A stretch of 64,000 nucleotides of DNA from contig JBBRLQ010000005.1 in NCBI GenBank assembly GCA_038231275.1, positions 224,001 to 288,000 of the forward strand. Direction: 5' to 3'. Made by a program: the position numbers and the translations under genes. Positions 48,536 to 60,640 of this stretch are shown one piece after another; the first letter of the stretch is position 1; every line of letters begins with the position of its first letter. Source of the DNA: Polyangiales bacterium (GTDB taxonomy: Bacteria; Myxococcota_A; Polyangia; Polyangiales; Polyangiaceae). A model generated the notes under the pieces. The model was not told where the DNA came from. It was given only the letters and a program-made list of their open reading frames with translations, and searched no databases.

Positions 48536-48982
48536 ATGCGTTGGGGATGGATCGCGGTTCGGGCGGGCTTCGGCCTGTGCGCGTACGCGCTGCTGGGGTG
48601 CGGAGGCCCGCACGACGGCGAACGAGGTCAGACCGCGCTCGACGATGCCGGTCCGTCGAACGCTGCCGACGGAAACGCTACACACCCCGCCGACGACGCC
48701 GCGACCGACGCGGCGCTCAACGAGGTCTCGTGCGTCGATTCACCCACCATCTGTGATCCCGTCATTGCCGAAGAGTGGCAAAACACGTGGCGCCGCGTCG
48801 GCGGCACAGTCGGTCCCGCATGCGGCTCGATGACGATCTCGTTCGACGCGAACGGCTGCGTCGCCAACGTGCGCGTCGACGGTGCCGATGCGCAGGATCC
48901 GAACGCGCTCCGCCTGAAGAACGCGATTCGGGTTTGGAAGCGCGTGTGCGGAGACATCACGGTCTCCGGCATTTGCCCTTAG
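48536..48982 (+). CDS. Hypothetical lipoprotein
   Basis: LLG-C lipobox; DAG linker; ISFDANGCVANV motif. Confidence 0.65.
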   Translation: MRWGWIAVRAGFGLCAYALLGCGGPHDGERGQTALDDAGPSNAADGNATHPADDAATDAALNEVSCVDSPTICDPVIAEEWQNTWRRVGGTVGPACGSMTISFDANGCVANVRVDGADAQDPNALRLKNAIRVWKRVCGDITVSGICP

Positions 48983-48995
48983 TCGAAGTCTACGT

Positions 48996-50132
48996 CTAGA
49001 GAGACATGGCGCCGGGCAGCGTCGTCGTGCTCGGAGTCGGCGTCGACAGATCGTGCGGCGCGGGGGCCGTCGTCGACGGAGCGTTCGTGGGCGGCAACGC
49101 GGCCCCGTCCGTGGGGATAGGCACCGCGTCAGGCTCGGGCGCCGTCGCAGCCGCCTCCGGCTCTGACTCTGCGGACTTCGCGGCGGCGGCGCCTCGGGCG
49201 ACACGCGCGAGGAGCCCCTCTTCGAACCGCACGAGCTCGAAGACCGGCATCGCGACGGTCGTGCCGGGCGCGCAGCTCGACGTCTTCGATGCCGCCACGA
49301 ACACGTCTGCGGTCGCTTGCCCGCTCGGGACCGGCGAGGACGTCCGGACGAGATCGGCCGGCGTGAGGTTGCACGCCGCGCCGCTCCCGCGATCGACGAC
49401 GGCGACCGGCTGCGACACGACGAACACGTGGTGCGGCGCCGCGAGCGCGCGCGCGACGCGGGGATCGTTCACGACGAGCGTGTTCCCCGCCGACGGCGTG
49501 GCCGCGCCGCCCTGCGTCTCCGGCATCGAGAGGATCTCGGCGATCTGGGCGCGCAGCTCCTCGCGCACGCCGCCGTCGATCGGCGTGGTCTGGACGGGCA
49601 CCACGACAGCGCCGCCGTACGCGCGCAACCGCGCCTCTTCCGAGGCGATGTAGTCGAGCATGATCCAGTCCGTCACCCAGTAACCGACGCCCCAGTACGC
49701 GGGGTACGGGCGGTAGTAGCCACCCCAATAGAGCGGGACCCGCCAGCCGTACCGAGGCCCGTACCAGAGCCCGCCGCGATGCCCGTAGAACGCGGGAACG
49801 CGGCCGCCAACCACGTACGCGCCGCGCCCGCCGGCGATGTACCCATGTCCGTAGCCGACGCCGGGCGCGCGCAGTGGAGCCGCGCCGTGAAAGCCGCCGA
49901 CCGGGCCGCGGTACGACGGCGCGGAGTAATGAGGAGCAGAATAGTGAGGAGCGGAGTAGTGGCCCGCCGGCGCAGAGTAGTGCGGCGTGCTGACGTGGCC
50001 TCCGCCACCGAAGTGCGCCCCGCCGCTGCTGTGACCTCCGCCGCCGTGACCGCCGCGCGCGAACGCGGGCGTGATCACGAGCGAAAGCGCCGCCGCCGTC
50101 AGGATTGCCGTGCTCTTCGTAGGTGCTGCCAT
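48996..50132 (-). CDS. Secreted protein with Gly/His/Tyr-rich low-complexity N-terminus
   Basis: AFA-R signal cleavage; GGHGGG, (HYSAP)n, Y/W-rich segment, then a globular region. Confidence 0.8.
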   Translation of the reverse strand: MAAPTKSTAILTAAALSLVITPAFARGGHGGGGHSSGGAHFGGGGHVSTPHYSAPAGHYSAPHYSAPHYSAPSYRGPVGGFHGAAPLRAPGVGYGHGYIAGGRGAYVVGGRVPAFYGHRGGLWYGPRYGWRVPLYWGGYYRPYPAYWGVGYWVTDWIMLDYIASEEARLRAYGGAVVVPVQTTPIDGGVREELRAQIAEILSMPETQGGAATPSAGNTLVVNDPRVARALAAPHHVFVVSQPVAVVDRGSGAACNLTPADLVRTSSPVPSGQATADVFVAASKTSSCAPGTTVAMPVFELVRFEEGLLARVARGAAAAKSAESEPEAAATAPEPDAVPIPTDGAALPPTNAPSTTAPAPHDLSTPTPSTTTLPGAMSL

Positions 50133-50267
50133 GACCGGACCTCTCTACTTTACCCTACAAATATAGGGCGTCGTCGGCGTGTGCGCTGGTCCAATCGCAC
50201 GCGCGAAAGGATGAGCCCACACACGGACGTGCTCGCGTCGGGAACGGTCGTTGCTTCACAAAAGAGC

Positions 50268-50555
50268 ATGAACCCGCAAAAAATGACCCTCGCGGTGACG
50301 GCCGCGGTCGTCGGCCTCGTGGCCACCGCCTGCGCCCGCCCCTACCTCGTCGCAGACGTCGCGCGCTCGCGGGCGCGCGTCGACCTGCATTGCCCGAGCG
50401 AGCAGCTCACCATCGCGCGAACCACGGACACCGGCTCCGAGTACCTCGCGACGGGGTGCGGAAAGCATGCGCTCTACAAATGCGCCGAGCACGGCCGGAT
50501 GGTCGGCATCGGCAACGGCGGCACCGAGTACGAGATGGAGTGCTTCCAAGAGTAA
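50268..50555 (+). CDS. Small Cys-containing lipoprotein
   Basis: ATA-C lipobox; RARVDLHCP...YLATGCGKHALYKC. Confidence 0.75.
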   Translation: MNPQKMTLAVTAAVVGLVATACARPYLVADVARSRARVDLHCPSEQLTIARTTDTGSEYLATGCGKHALYKCAEHGRMVGIGNGGTEYEMECFQE

Positions 50556-50595
50556 CGCGACGCGCGAAGCGACCGCATCGGCGATCGCGCGGGGC

Positions 50596-50979
50596 TCAGG
50601 CTTGGGCGGGTGCTCCGTCGGCGCGCGCGACGGCGCCGACCTCGCCCTTGGCGATCGCCTCTTTGGTGAGCGCCTCGCCGCCGAGCAGCGTCCCGTCGAC
50701 GAACACCTGCGGGAACGTCGGCCAGCCGCTCCACAGCTTGATGGCGAGCCGCTTCTTCCACTCGGAGAAGTAGCTCCCGTACTCGAGGTACGTGAACTTT
50801 ACGTTCGCCGCCTCGAGCGCTTTTCGCACGTTCTTCACGTGCGGATTCTGCGCCATCCCGACCACGACGACGCGATCGCGAGCGACCGCTTCTTGGACCT
50901 GGCGGACCGTCTCGGCGTGAAACTCGGCCAGCTTCAGCGCGGCGGCGGGGGCGATTTTGGGGGCGTTCGGCTGTGTCAT
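50596..50979 (-). CDS. Glutaredoxin-fold protein lacking cysteine
   Basis: SGWPTFPQVFVDG.LLGG Grx motif; active-site position reads QNPHV. Confidence 0.85.
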   Translation of the reverse strand: MTQPNAPKIAPAAALKLAEFHAETVRQVQEAVARDRVVVVGMAQNPHVKNVRKALEAANVKFTYLEYGSYFSEWKKRLAIKLWSGWPTFPQVFVDGTLLGGEALTKEAIAKGEVGAVARADGAPAQA

Positions 50980-51115
50980 GCGGCCCTTCGATGCCCCCAA
51001 GGGCGCGCAGGTGTCCCAAAGAAAAGCGGAAAATTGGCCTCATTTGTGCATTGACGGGCGCAAGGACACGCGACGATGATGCGCTCCTCACCCTTTTGGA
51101 GGTCATCAAACCCGC

Positions 51116-52000
51116 ATGTCCATGGGTCGTCCCCGCTTTGATCCGCGCCAGCAACAGCGCCAGTTCCAGATTCGCGTCAACCACCGCATCCGCGTCCCCG
51201 AGGTCCGCGTCATCGACGCCGACGGGTCGATGCTGGGGGTCCTCCAGACGCACGAAGCTCTAAGGAAGGCGCAGGAGCAGGGACTCGACCTCGTCGAGGT
51301 GAACCCCAAGAGCGATCCGCCGGTCTGCAAGATCCTCGATTTTGGCAAATTCAAATACGAGGAAAAGAAGAAGGCCGGCGAGGCGAAGCGCAAGCAGACC
51401 GTCGTCGAGATCAAAGAGATCAAGCTCCGTCCCAAGACGGACGATCACGATCTCGCGTTCAAGGTGAAGGCGGCGCGCCGCTTCCTCGAGGCCGGCCACA
51501 AGGTGAAGTTCACCGTCCGCTTTCGCGGACGCGAGATCACGCACCCCGAGAAGGCGCAGGAGCAGCTCACGTTCGTCATCCACGAGACCGAGGATCTGTC
51601 GAACGTCGAGACCCGCGCGATGATGGAAGCGCGCACGATGACGGTCATGATCGCGCCGAAGCCGGCCATCATGCAGAAGGTGGCGCAGGCGAAGGCCCAG
51701 CGCGAGAAGGAGCGCCAGCAGGCCGAGAAGGAAGGCCGCATCCTCCCGACCGAGGCCGAGTCGATGAGCGACGTCGAGGCGCAAGCGCGCTCCGGCGACG
51801 ACAAGGACGACGACGACGACGACGACGACGAGAAGGACGAGAAGGACGAGAAGGCCGGCGAGAAGGCCGAGAAGGCCGAGAAGGCCGGCGAGAAGACCGA
51901 GAAGGCCGGCGAGAAGACCGAGAAGGCCGGCGAGAAGGCCGAGAAGGCCGGCGAGAAGGCCGAGAAGGCCGGCGAGAAGGCCGAGAAGGGCGCCGAGTAG
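51116..52000 (+). CDS. infC: Translation initiation factor IF-3 with long charged C-terminal extension
   Basis: VNHRIR, LDLVEV, PPVCKILDFGKFKYE, KEIKLRP, FRGRE. Confidence 0.97.
   Translation: MSMGRPRFDPRQQQRQFQIRVNHRIRVPEVRVIDADGSMLGVLQTHEALRKAQEQGLDLVEVNPKSDPPVCKILDFGKFKYEEKKKAGEAKRKQTVVEIKEIKLRPKTDDHDLAFKVKAARRFLEAGHKVKFTVRFRGREITHPEKAQEQLTFVIHETEDLSNVETRAMMEARTMTVMIAPKPAIMQKVAQAKAQREKERQQAEKEGRILPTEAESMSDVEAQARSGDDKDDDDDDDDEKDEKDEKAGEKAEKAEKAGEKTEKAGEKTEKAGEKAEKAGEKAEKAGEKAEKGAE
51830..51997 (+). repeat. Intragenic repeats encoding EKD/EKAG/EKA/EKT in the IF3 tail
   Basis: Alternating GAGAAGGCCGGC and GAGAAG(G/A)CC units after a (GAC)n run. Confidence 0.85.
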
Positions 52001-52039
52001 GCTGGAGCTGCTCGTGCTCGAGGGGGGAGGGGAGCGCGC

Positions 52040-54025
52040 GTGAAGGGCACCTTCTGCATCGCCGTGGCGGTCGCCACACTGGCCGCCACGACGACGGCGA
52101 ACGCCTCGCTCACCCCGAGCGAGCAGGCCCAGCTGCGCACCTTCGTCGCGGGTGGGCAGGTCCAAAACGCGCCGCGCGTCCGCGCGATGGCGGCGCGCAC
52201 GGATCTCACCGCCGACGAGTCGGCGCAGTCTCTCAAAGAGGCGATGGCCCCCGTCACGTTCGACGAGGCCCACGTGGTCTTCGTCCGCGACATGCTGTTC
52301 GGCGGCGCGTCGGCGGCGTCGCGACCGGTCCTCGTCCCGGCGGTCACGCGCGCGCTCGTCGCCCGCGCCGACGCCGTGCTGTCGAAGTTCGCGAGCGACC
52401 TCGATCAGAACACGAAGGCCATCGACGAGCTCATGCGCATCTACCGGTTCCTCGCCGCAGACGTCGCGGGCGCCGGGCAGCCGAAGGGGAACGCGCACGA
52501 TCCGCAGATGGGCATTCCCAACGCGGCGTACGACGAGTGCACCAAAGCGCTCGCGCGGCACATCGAGCAGAATCCGCGATGGCTGAAGGGGGACGCGCAG
52601 ATCCCTGGCGGCGTCGTGCGGGTACGCGCGCAGCTCCAACTCGCGCTCGCCCGCATGATGAACGACACGCTCACGCGCAAAGTCGACGCCGCGGATCGGC
52701 TGGCGCTCGTCGGCGCACGGAGGAAGTTCTTCGTCGAGACAGGCACCCTGCTCGTCGACTCCGGTCGCGCGGACGACGGGCGCGTCTTGCGCGCGCGCGG
52801 CCTCGTCGATCGGCTCCTGTTCGCCAAATCGGGCGTCGCCGCGATCGTCTTCGGCGACGACGCACCGCGCCTCGAAGCGCGCGGCGCCGTGCTCGGCGTG
52901 AAGACCCCACTCGAAGGCACCGGCACCGCCGCGCCGTGGCCCTTCTCCGAAGAGGTCGAGCCTGGCCCCGCCGACGCACCGACCCTCGAGATCGCGCGCG
53001 ATCTGGGGACGATCGCCGCGCGCCGCGCCCTCGAGAACCGGCCGGATCTCCGCGTCGTCGCCGAGCGCGATCTGAAGGCGACCGCATCGCAGCCGTACGG
53101 TCGCCCCGACGGGACCACGACGGAAGCCGGGCTCGCCGCTGCGCTCGAAATGCTCCTCACCGACGCGCCGCGCGCGTTGGATCTCGCGTTCGTGCGCTTC
53201 CTCGCGAACAAGCCGGAGTCGGCGGCGGTGATGAGCGACGCGCTCGGCGTCCTCGCGACGTTCGCGACGCCCGATCCCGAGAAGAAGACGCTGGCGCTCA
53301 CGCTGGGTCGCCCGCGCGGCGTGGACGGGACGCTCGCGCCGGTGGAGCTGACGAGCGTGCGCCTCGCGCCGAGCGGCGCAGTCATCGGCTTCACGCTCGA
53401 CGGTCGCGCGTGGACCATCGCGCGCGACGCAGGACCGGTCACCGCGATCCGCCGCGACCTCATCCCCCTCAACATGAGCTTCCTCGGGCAGGCGCGCGTG
53501 CCCACGCTGGAGGCGACGAGCTGGACGATCCCCGGCCTCGTGCTCGCGCGCATGCACGGCACTCCAAAGGCCGGCCTCGCGCCAGGCCCCAAGCTCCGCA
53601 TGGTCGGCGCCGGTGAGCTCGGGTACGACGCGATCGCGACGCTCGCTCCCGCCGACAACGTCGTCGCCGAGGGCGACTTGACCGTGACCGGACAGGTCGG
53701 CGGCGTCGCGCTTCGGGCGGCCGGCAACAAGGACGGCTTCCGCGGCGCCGCGCTGATGATCACCCCGTGGCCGTCGCCGCGCATCGCGCTCGTCCTCCGC
53801 GAAGAAGATGGCTTCGAGTCCTTCCTCGCCGCCCCGCGCGACGTGCCGGAGGTCGGGACCGTTCACTTTCGGCTCTCGGTGAAGGGCACCAAGGTGGAAG
53901 CAAAGGTTGGCGACACGATCCTCAAGGGAACGATCCCCGCGTCGATCGCGCATGGCGACGTCGCGGTCTTCGCGCGAAAGGGCGCAATCGTCGATGTCGC
54001 CGGCCTCCGCGTCACCCGGCTGTAG
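52040..54025 (+). CDS. Secreted hypothetical protein
   Basis: Signal ending ANA-S; 661 aa; helical N part and beta-rich C part; GC-rich third positions. Confidence 0.75.
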   Translation: MKGTFCIAVAVATLAATTTANASLTPSEQAQLRTFVAGGQVQNAPRVRAMAARTDLTADESAQSLKEAMAPVTFDEAHVVFVRDMLFGGASAASRPVLVPAVTRALVARADAVLSKFASDLDQNTKAIDELMRIYRFLAADVAGAGQPKGNAHDPQMGIPNAAYDECTKALARHIEQNPRWLKGDAQIPGGVVRVRAQLQLALARMMNDTLTRKVDAADRLALVGARRKFFVETGTLLVDSGRADDGRVLRARGLVDRLLFAKSGVAAIVFGDDAPRLEARGAVLGVKTPLEGTGTAAPWPFSEEVEPGPADAPTLEIARDLGTIAARRALENRPDLRVVAERDLKATASQPYGRPDGTTTEAGLAAALEMLLTDAPRALDLAFVRFLANKPESAAVMSDALGVLATFATPDPEKKTLALTLGRPRGVDGTLAPVELTSVRLAPSGAVIGFTLDGRAWTIARDAGPVTAIRRDLIPLNMSFLGQARVPTLEATSWTIPGLVLARMHGTPKAGLAPGPKLRMVGAGELGYDAIATLAPADNVVAEGDLTVTGQVGGVALRAAGNKDGFRGAALMITPWPSPRIALVLREEDGFESFLAAPRDVPEVGTVHFRLSVKGTKVEAKVGDTILKGTIPASIAHGDVAVFARKGAIVDVAGLRVTRL

Positions 54026-54059
54026 AGCAACCGTCCGTTGAAGAGAACGGTTGCTCTAC
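54022..54059. repeat. Perfect 13-bp inverted repeat (REP/MITE-like or terminator hairpin)
   Basis: GTAGAGCAACCGT-N12-ACGGTTGCTCTAC; includes the upstream TAG stop. Confidence 0.8.
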
Positions 54060-54111
54060 CCTTCTTGCGGGTCGCGCGGGTTTGCAATTGCCGAGGATCT
54101 TTGCCAAGAAC

Positions 54112-54531
54112 ATGAGCGTGGATCCCGAAACCGCCCAGAAAGTCCGAATCCTCGTCGCCAAGCCTGGTCTCGACGGCCACGATCGCGGCGCGAAGGTCGT
54201 CGCGCGTGCCCTCCGCGACGCAGGGTTCGAGGTCGTCTACACGGGGCTCCACCAGACGCCGGAGATGATCGCGAACGCCGCGGTCCAGGAGGACGTCGAC
54301 GGCGTGGGCCTCTCGATCATGAGCGGCGCGCACAATACGCTCTTCCCCGCCGTCATCGAGGCGCTGCGCGCGAAGGGCGCGACCGACGTTGTCATCTTCG
54401 GCGGCGGCATCATCCCCGAGTCCGATCTCGAGCGCCTGCGCGCGAGCGGCGTCCAGGGCGTGTTCACGCCGGGCACGACGCTCGAGACGATCATCGACTG
54501 GGTGAAGACGAACGTGAAGCCGCGGGCCTGA
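54112..54531 (+). CDS. Cobalamin-binding subunit of an acyl-CoA (methylmalonyl-CoA-type) mutase
   Basis: [13 protein letters not shown] (DxHxxG), [19 protein letters not shown]. Confidence 0.95.
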   Translation: MSVDPETAQKVRILVAKPGLDGHDRGAKVVARALRDAGFEVVYTGLHQTPEMIANAAVQEDVDGVGLSIMSGAHNTLFPAVIEALRAKGATDVVIFGGGIIPESDLERLRASGVQGVFTPGTTLETIIDWVKTNVKPRA

Positions 54532-54559
54532 GCTCGGCCCCCGCGGCGATCGAGGGACC

Positions 54560-55171
54560 GTGCTCTACCGCCTCGACGACCTCGCCGCAAAACGCCGCGC
54601 GCGTGTGGTGGCGGCGATCGGGACGGCGCAGGCCCTCTCGCCGGCGGTGCTCGTCGTCGTCCTCGTTCACAAGCTCGGCTACGTGACCGGCGCGCTCGCC
54701 ACCGCCGGCAGCGCGGCCCTCGTCGCGCTCGCGCTCGTGCGCGGCGTGGCCGAGTACATGCGGGTCGCGCCTCGCCTCGCGCGCTTCGTGGCGGAGGCCG
54801 ACGACACGGGTCTGCGCGTCACGTTCTCCGGCGGAGATGTCGACCTAGGTTGGCCGGAGATCGCGCGGGTCACCGAGATCCCCGGCCGCCTTGGCGGGCT
54901 CCGCGTCGAGACCACCGACCGCGGGCGCTTCGATCTGCCGCGGGGCGGCGACGCGTTCGGCGAGCTCCGCGCCGCCATCGACGCGCGCGTGAAGGTGGCG
55001 CCCGCCCCGCGCCGCAGCCGCCGTGTCCGCGTAGCGCTGGGAGTCCTCGTCGTCCTCGCGATCTTCTTCGTCCCCTTCGCGCTCGACGATGTCATGGGCC
55101 GCTCGCGCGTGGCGGCGATCGCGATCGTCGGCGCGGTGTGGCTCGGGCTGCTGGTGCTCCGCCGCCGCTGA
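54560..55171 (+). CDS. Hypothetical membrane protein
   Basis: Four hydrophobic segments flanking a PH-like stretch (LGWPEIARV). Confidence 0.7.
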   Translation: MLYRLDDLAAKRRARVVAAIGTAQALSPAVLVVVLVHKLGYVTGALATAGSAALVALALVRGVAEYMRVAPRLARFVAEADDTGLRVTFSGGDVDLGWPEIARVTEIPGRLGGLRVETTDRGRFDLPRGGDAFGELRAAIDARVKVAPAPRRSRRVRVALGVLVVLAIFFVPFALDDVMGRSRVAAIAIVGAVWLGLLVLRRR

Positions 55172-55258
55172 GACGCCGACACGGCCGTACACGTCTCGCC
55201 GTCCTCTAGTAAGAACGAGCTTCGTCGCGCATCGGGGCTGCGGCACACTGGTGGACCG

Positions 55259-58147
<2,889 letters not shown>

Positions 58148-58155
58148 GCCCGCAC

Positions 58156-59262
58156 ATGACCCAGCCCGAGACCACGACCGAGAGCCCGATCGCCCGCTTT
58201 TTCCGGATGATGAAGGAGTGGGGCGCCAGCGACATGCACTTGTCGGTGGGTCGCCCGCCGATGTTCCGCGTCAACGGCAAGCTCGACGCGATCCGCTACC
58301 GCACGCTCAGTGACGGCGATTTCCGCGCGCTGGTCGAGCCCATCACCCCGCCGCACGTGTGGTCGCTCTTCGAGCAGACCGGCGACGTCGACTTCGCCTT
58401 CGAGCAGCCCGGCGTGGCGCGCTTCAGGGTGAACCTGTTCCGGCAGGAGCGCGGCATGGGCGGCGTCTTCCGCAACCTCGCCAACAACCTGGTGTCGCTC
58501 ACGAAGCTGAACCTCCCCGAGTCGATCGAGAAGGTCGTGAACATGCGCTCGGGGCTCGTCGTCGTCACCGGGCCGACCGGCTCCGGAAAGTCGACCACGC
58601 TCGCGGCCATCGTCGCCGAGATCAATGCGCGCCGGGCGATGCACATCATCACCGTCGAGGATCCGATCGAGTTCGTGCACGCCAACAAGAAGTCGCTGAT
58701 CTCGCAGCGAGAGTTGTCGGCGCACACGGAGTCTTTCGCGTCTGCGCTCATGGCGGCCGCGCGCGAGAACCCCGACGCCATCCTGGTCGGCGAGATGCGC
58801 GATCTCGAGACGATCCGTCTGGCGCTCAACGCCGCGGAGACCGGCGTGCTCGTCTTCGGCACACTCCACACGAACTCTGCGGCAAAGTCCGTCGATCGCC
58901 TCATCGGCGTTTTCCCCACCGACGAGCAGGCCGGCGTCCGCATCTCGCTCGCCAACGTGCTCCGCGCCATCGTCGCGCAGCAGCTGGTTCCCAAGAAGAC
59001 CGGCGGTCGCGTCGCCGCCGTGGAGGTGCTGTTCGCGAACCAGGCGTTGGTCTCGATGATCCGCGAGGGCAAGACGTTCCAGATCCCCGGCGTCATCGCC
59101 GGCGGCAAGGCCGAAGGGATGATCGGCATGGACGAGACGCTCCGGTCGCTCGTGGAGCAGGACGTCGTCGACGGGCTCGACGCGCTGGAGAAGGCGATCG
59201 AGAAGGACGCATTCCGTGATTGGCTGAGGGGGAAGGGCGCGGCCCTGCCCGAAGATGCATGA
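58156..59262 (+). CDS. PilT/PilU-family ATPase paralogue
   Basis: ASDMH, FRVNLF, GPTGSGKST, EDPIEF, GEMRD, TLHT, MIREGK. Confidence 0.95.
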   Translation: MTQPETTTESPIARFFRMMKEWGASDMHLSVGRPPMFRVNGKLDAIRYRTLSDGDFRALVEPITPPHVWSLFEQTGDVDFAFEQPGVARFRVNLFRQERGMGGVFRNLANNLVSLTKLNLPESIEKVVNMRSGLVVVTGPTGSGKSTTLAAIVAEINARRAMHIITVEDPIEFVHANKKSLISQRELSAHTESFASALMAAARENPDAILVGEMRDLETIRLALNAAETGVLVFGTLHTNSAAKSVDRLIGVFPTDEQAGVRISLANVLRAIVAQQLVPKKTGGRVAAVEVLFANQALVSMIREGKTFQIPGVIAGGKAEGMIGMDETLRSLVEQDVVDGLDALEKAIEKDAFRDWLRGKGAALPEDA

Positions 59263-59439
59263 GCCGCGGCCGATCAAGATCGCAAACGTACGTCGCGAGC
59301 CATCGCGCGGGCGCCGCCAAATAGACCTCGCCTCGCGACGCGCACACTAGAGGAGGAGTTGGACCGTCCCGGGACACCCCGAGATCGTCCCGGACGCCCT
59401 CACCAACGACGAAAGCCCATAAAATAAGCGACTTCGTGA

Positions 59440-59455
59440 CGGCACGGCCTTCGCT
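59440..59455 (+). promoter_or_regulatory. Sigma54-like promoter
   Basis: CGGCACGGCCTTCGCT, GG(59441)-N10-GC(59453); AT-rich patch upstream; AGGAGG before ATG 59480. Confidence 0.55.
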
Positions 59456-59479
59456 CTAGCGCGCGGCAGGAGGTGCATC

Positions 59480-60568
59480 ATGAAGGTCGTACAACCCAAG
59501 CTCGCCCTGTCGCTCGTCGCCGTCGTCGCGGTCACCGTCGCTGCCTGTGGCTCGCAGTCACCCGATCACTCGTCCTCGCCATCCGGCGCCCAGGGCCCGA
59601 GCCCGGTCACCGCCGACGAGGTGGAGATCGTGCAGGGCATCCCCGATCGCGATCGAGACCCCGCGGTCGTCGCCATCGACATCGCGGACAGCGCGCTTTG
59701 CACGGGATCGCTCGTCGCGCCGAACGTCGTCCTCACGGCGCGCCACTGCGTCGCGCGCACCGTCGAGCGGATCGAATGCCCCGCGTCCTCGCCGCAGGTC
59801 GGCGAGCAGCGGCGCGCCGACTCGCTCCATATCCTCGTGGGCGACGACGCCCAAGTCGCGCGCGAGGTGGCGCGGGGCAAGGCCATCGTGACGCCCAAGG
59901 GCTGGTCGCTCTGCGACGCGGACATCGCGTTCATCGTCCTCGATCGGGACGTCGCGGGTATCGATCCGTTGCCCATCCGCCGTCACGGTGTCGCCGCCGG
60001 CGATCACGTCCGCGCGATCGGCTACGGCCGCGCTGGAGATGGCCAGACCGCGGGCGCGAAGCTCTTGCGTGACCACGTGAAGGTCCTCGACACGTCGGCC
60101 GACGAGTTCATCGTCGGCGAGGCGACGTGCCAAGGCGACTCCGGAGGACCGGCGATCGACGAGTCGACCGACGAAATCGTCGGCGTCGTCTCGCGCGGCG
60201 GACCGACGTGTGACGGCGCCGGCGTGCACAACGTCTACACGCGCGCGGACGTCTACCTCTCGCTGTTCCAGGAGGCGTTGCGCGAAGCCGCGGCCGGTGG
60301 CGATCCCGGCGGCGGCGACGACGGCGACGCGGGGACCCACGTGAAGGACGCCGGGCACAAGGCGAAGGACGCCGGGGGCCACCCCAAGACGCCGCCGAGT
60401 GACATGGGCGGCGCATGCACGGGCGGCCGCGATTGCTCGACGGGCATCTGCGTCAAGGACGGGCAAAAAGAGTACTGCTCGCGCGCGTGCGGCAACGGCG
60501 ATCGCTGCCCGACCCACTACGGCTGTCAGAAGGCCTCGAGCGGTGCGATGGTGTGCGTCGAAAAATAG
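59480..60568 (+). CDS. Trypsin-like (S1) serine protease lipoprotein with Cys-rich C-terminus
   Basis: VAA-C lipobox; IVQG, LTARHC, DIA, CQGDSGGP triad motifs. Confidence 0.95.
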   Translation: MKVVQPKLALSLVAVVAVTVAACGSQSPDHSSSPSGAQGPSPVTADEVEIVQGIPDRDRDPAVVAIDIADSALCTGSLVAPNVVLTARHCVARTVERIECPASSPQVGEQRRADSLHILVGDDAQVAREVARGKAIVTPKGWSLCDADIAFIVLDRDVAGIDPLPIRRHGVAAGDHVRAIGYGRAGDGQTAGAKLLRDHVKVLDTSADEFIVGEATCQGDSGGPAIDESTDEIVGVVSRGGPTCDGAGVHNVYTRADVYLSLFQEALREAAAGGDPGGGDDGDAGTHVKDAGHKAKDAGGHPKTPPSDMGGACTGGRDCSTGICVKDGQKEYCSRACGNGDRCPTHYGCQKASSGAMVCVEK

Positions 60569-60640
60569 GGCCGCGAAAAAATAGGCCATAAGTGTCGGTT
60601 GACCCTCCCGGCCATGGGGGCCTAGAAACTCAGGGCCCCC

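Noticed and set aside
60559-60588. Imperfect direct repeat CGAAAAA(A)TAGG(G)CC
   Set aside because: Only two short copies at a gene end; probably a local duplication or promoter A-tract.
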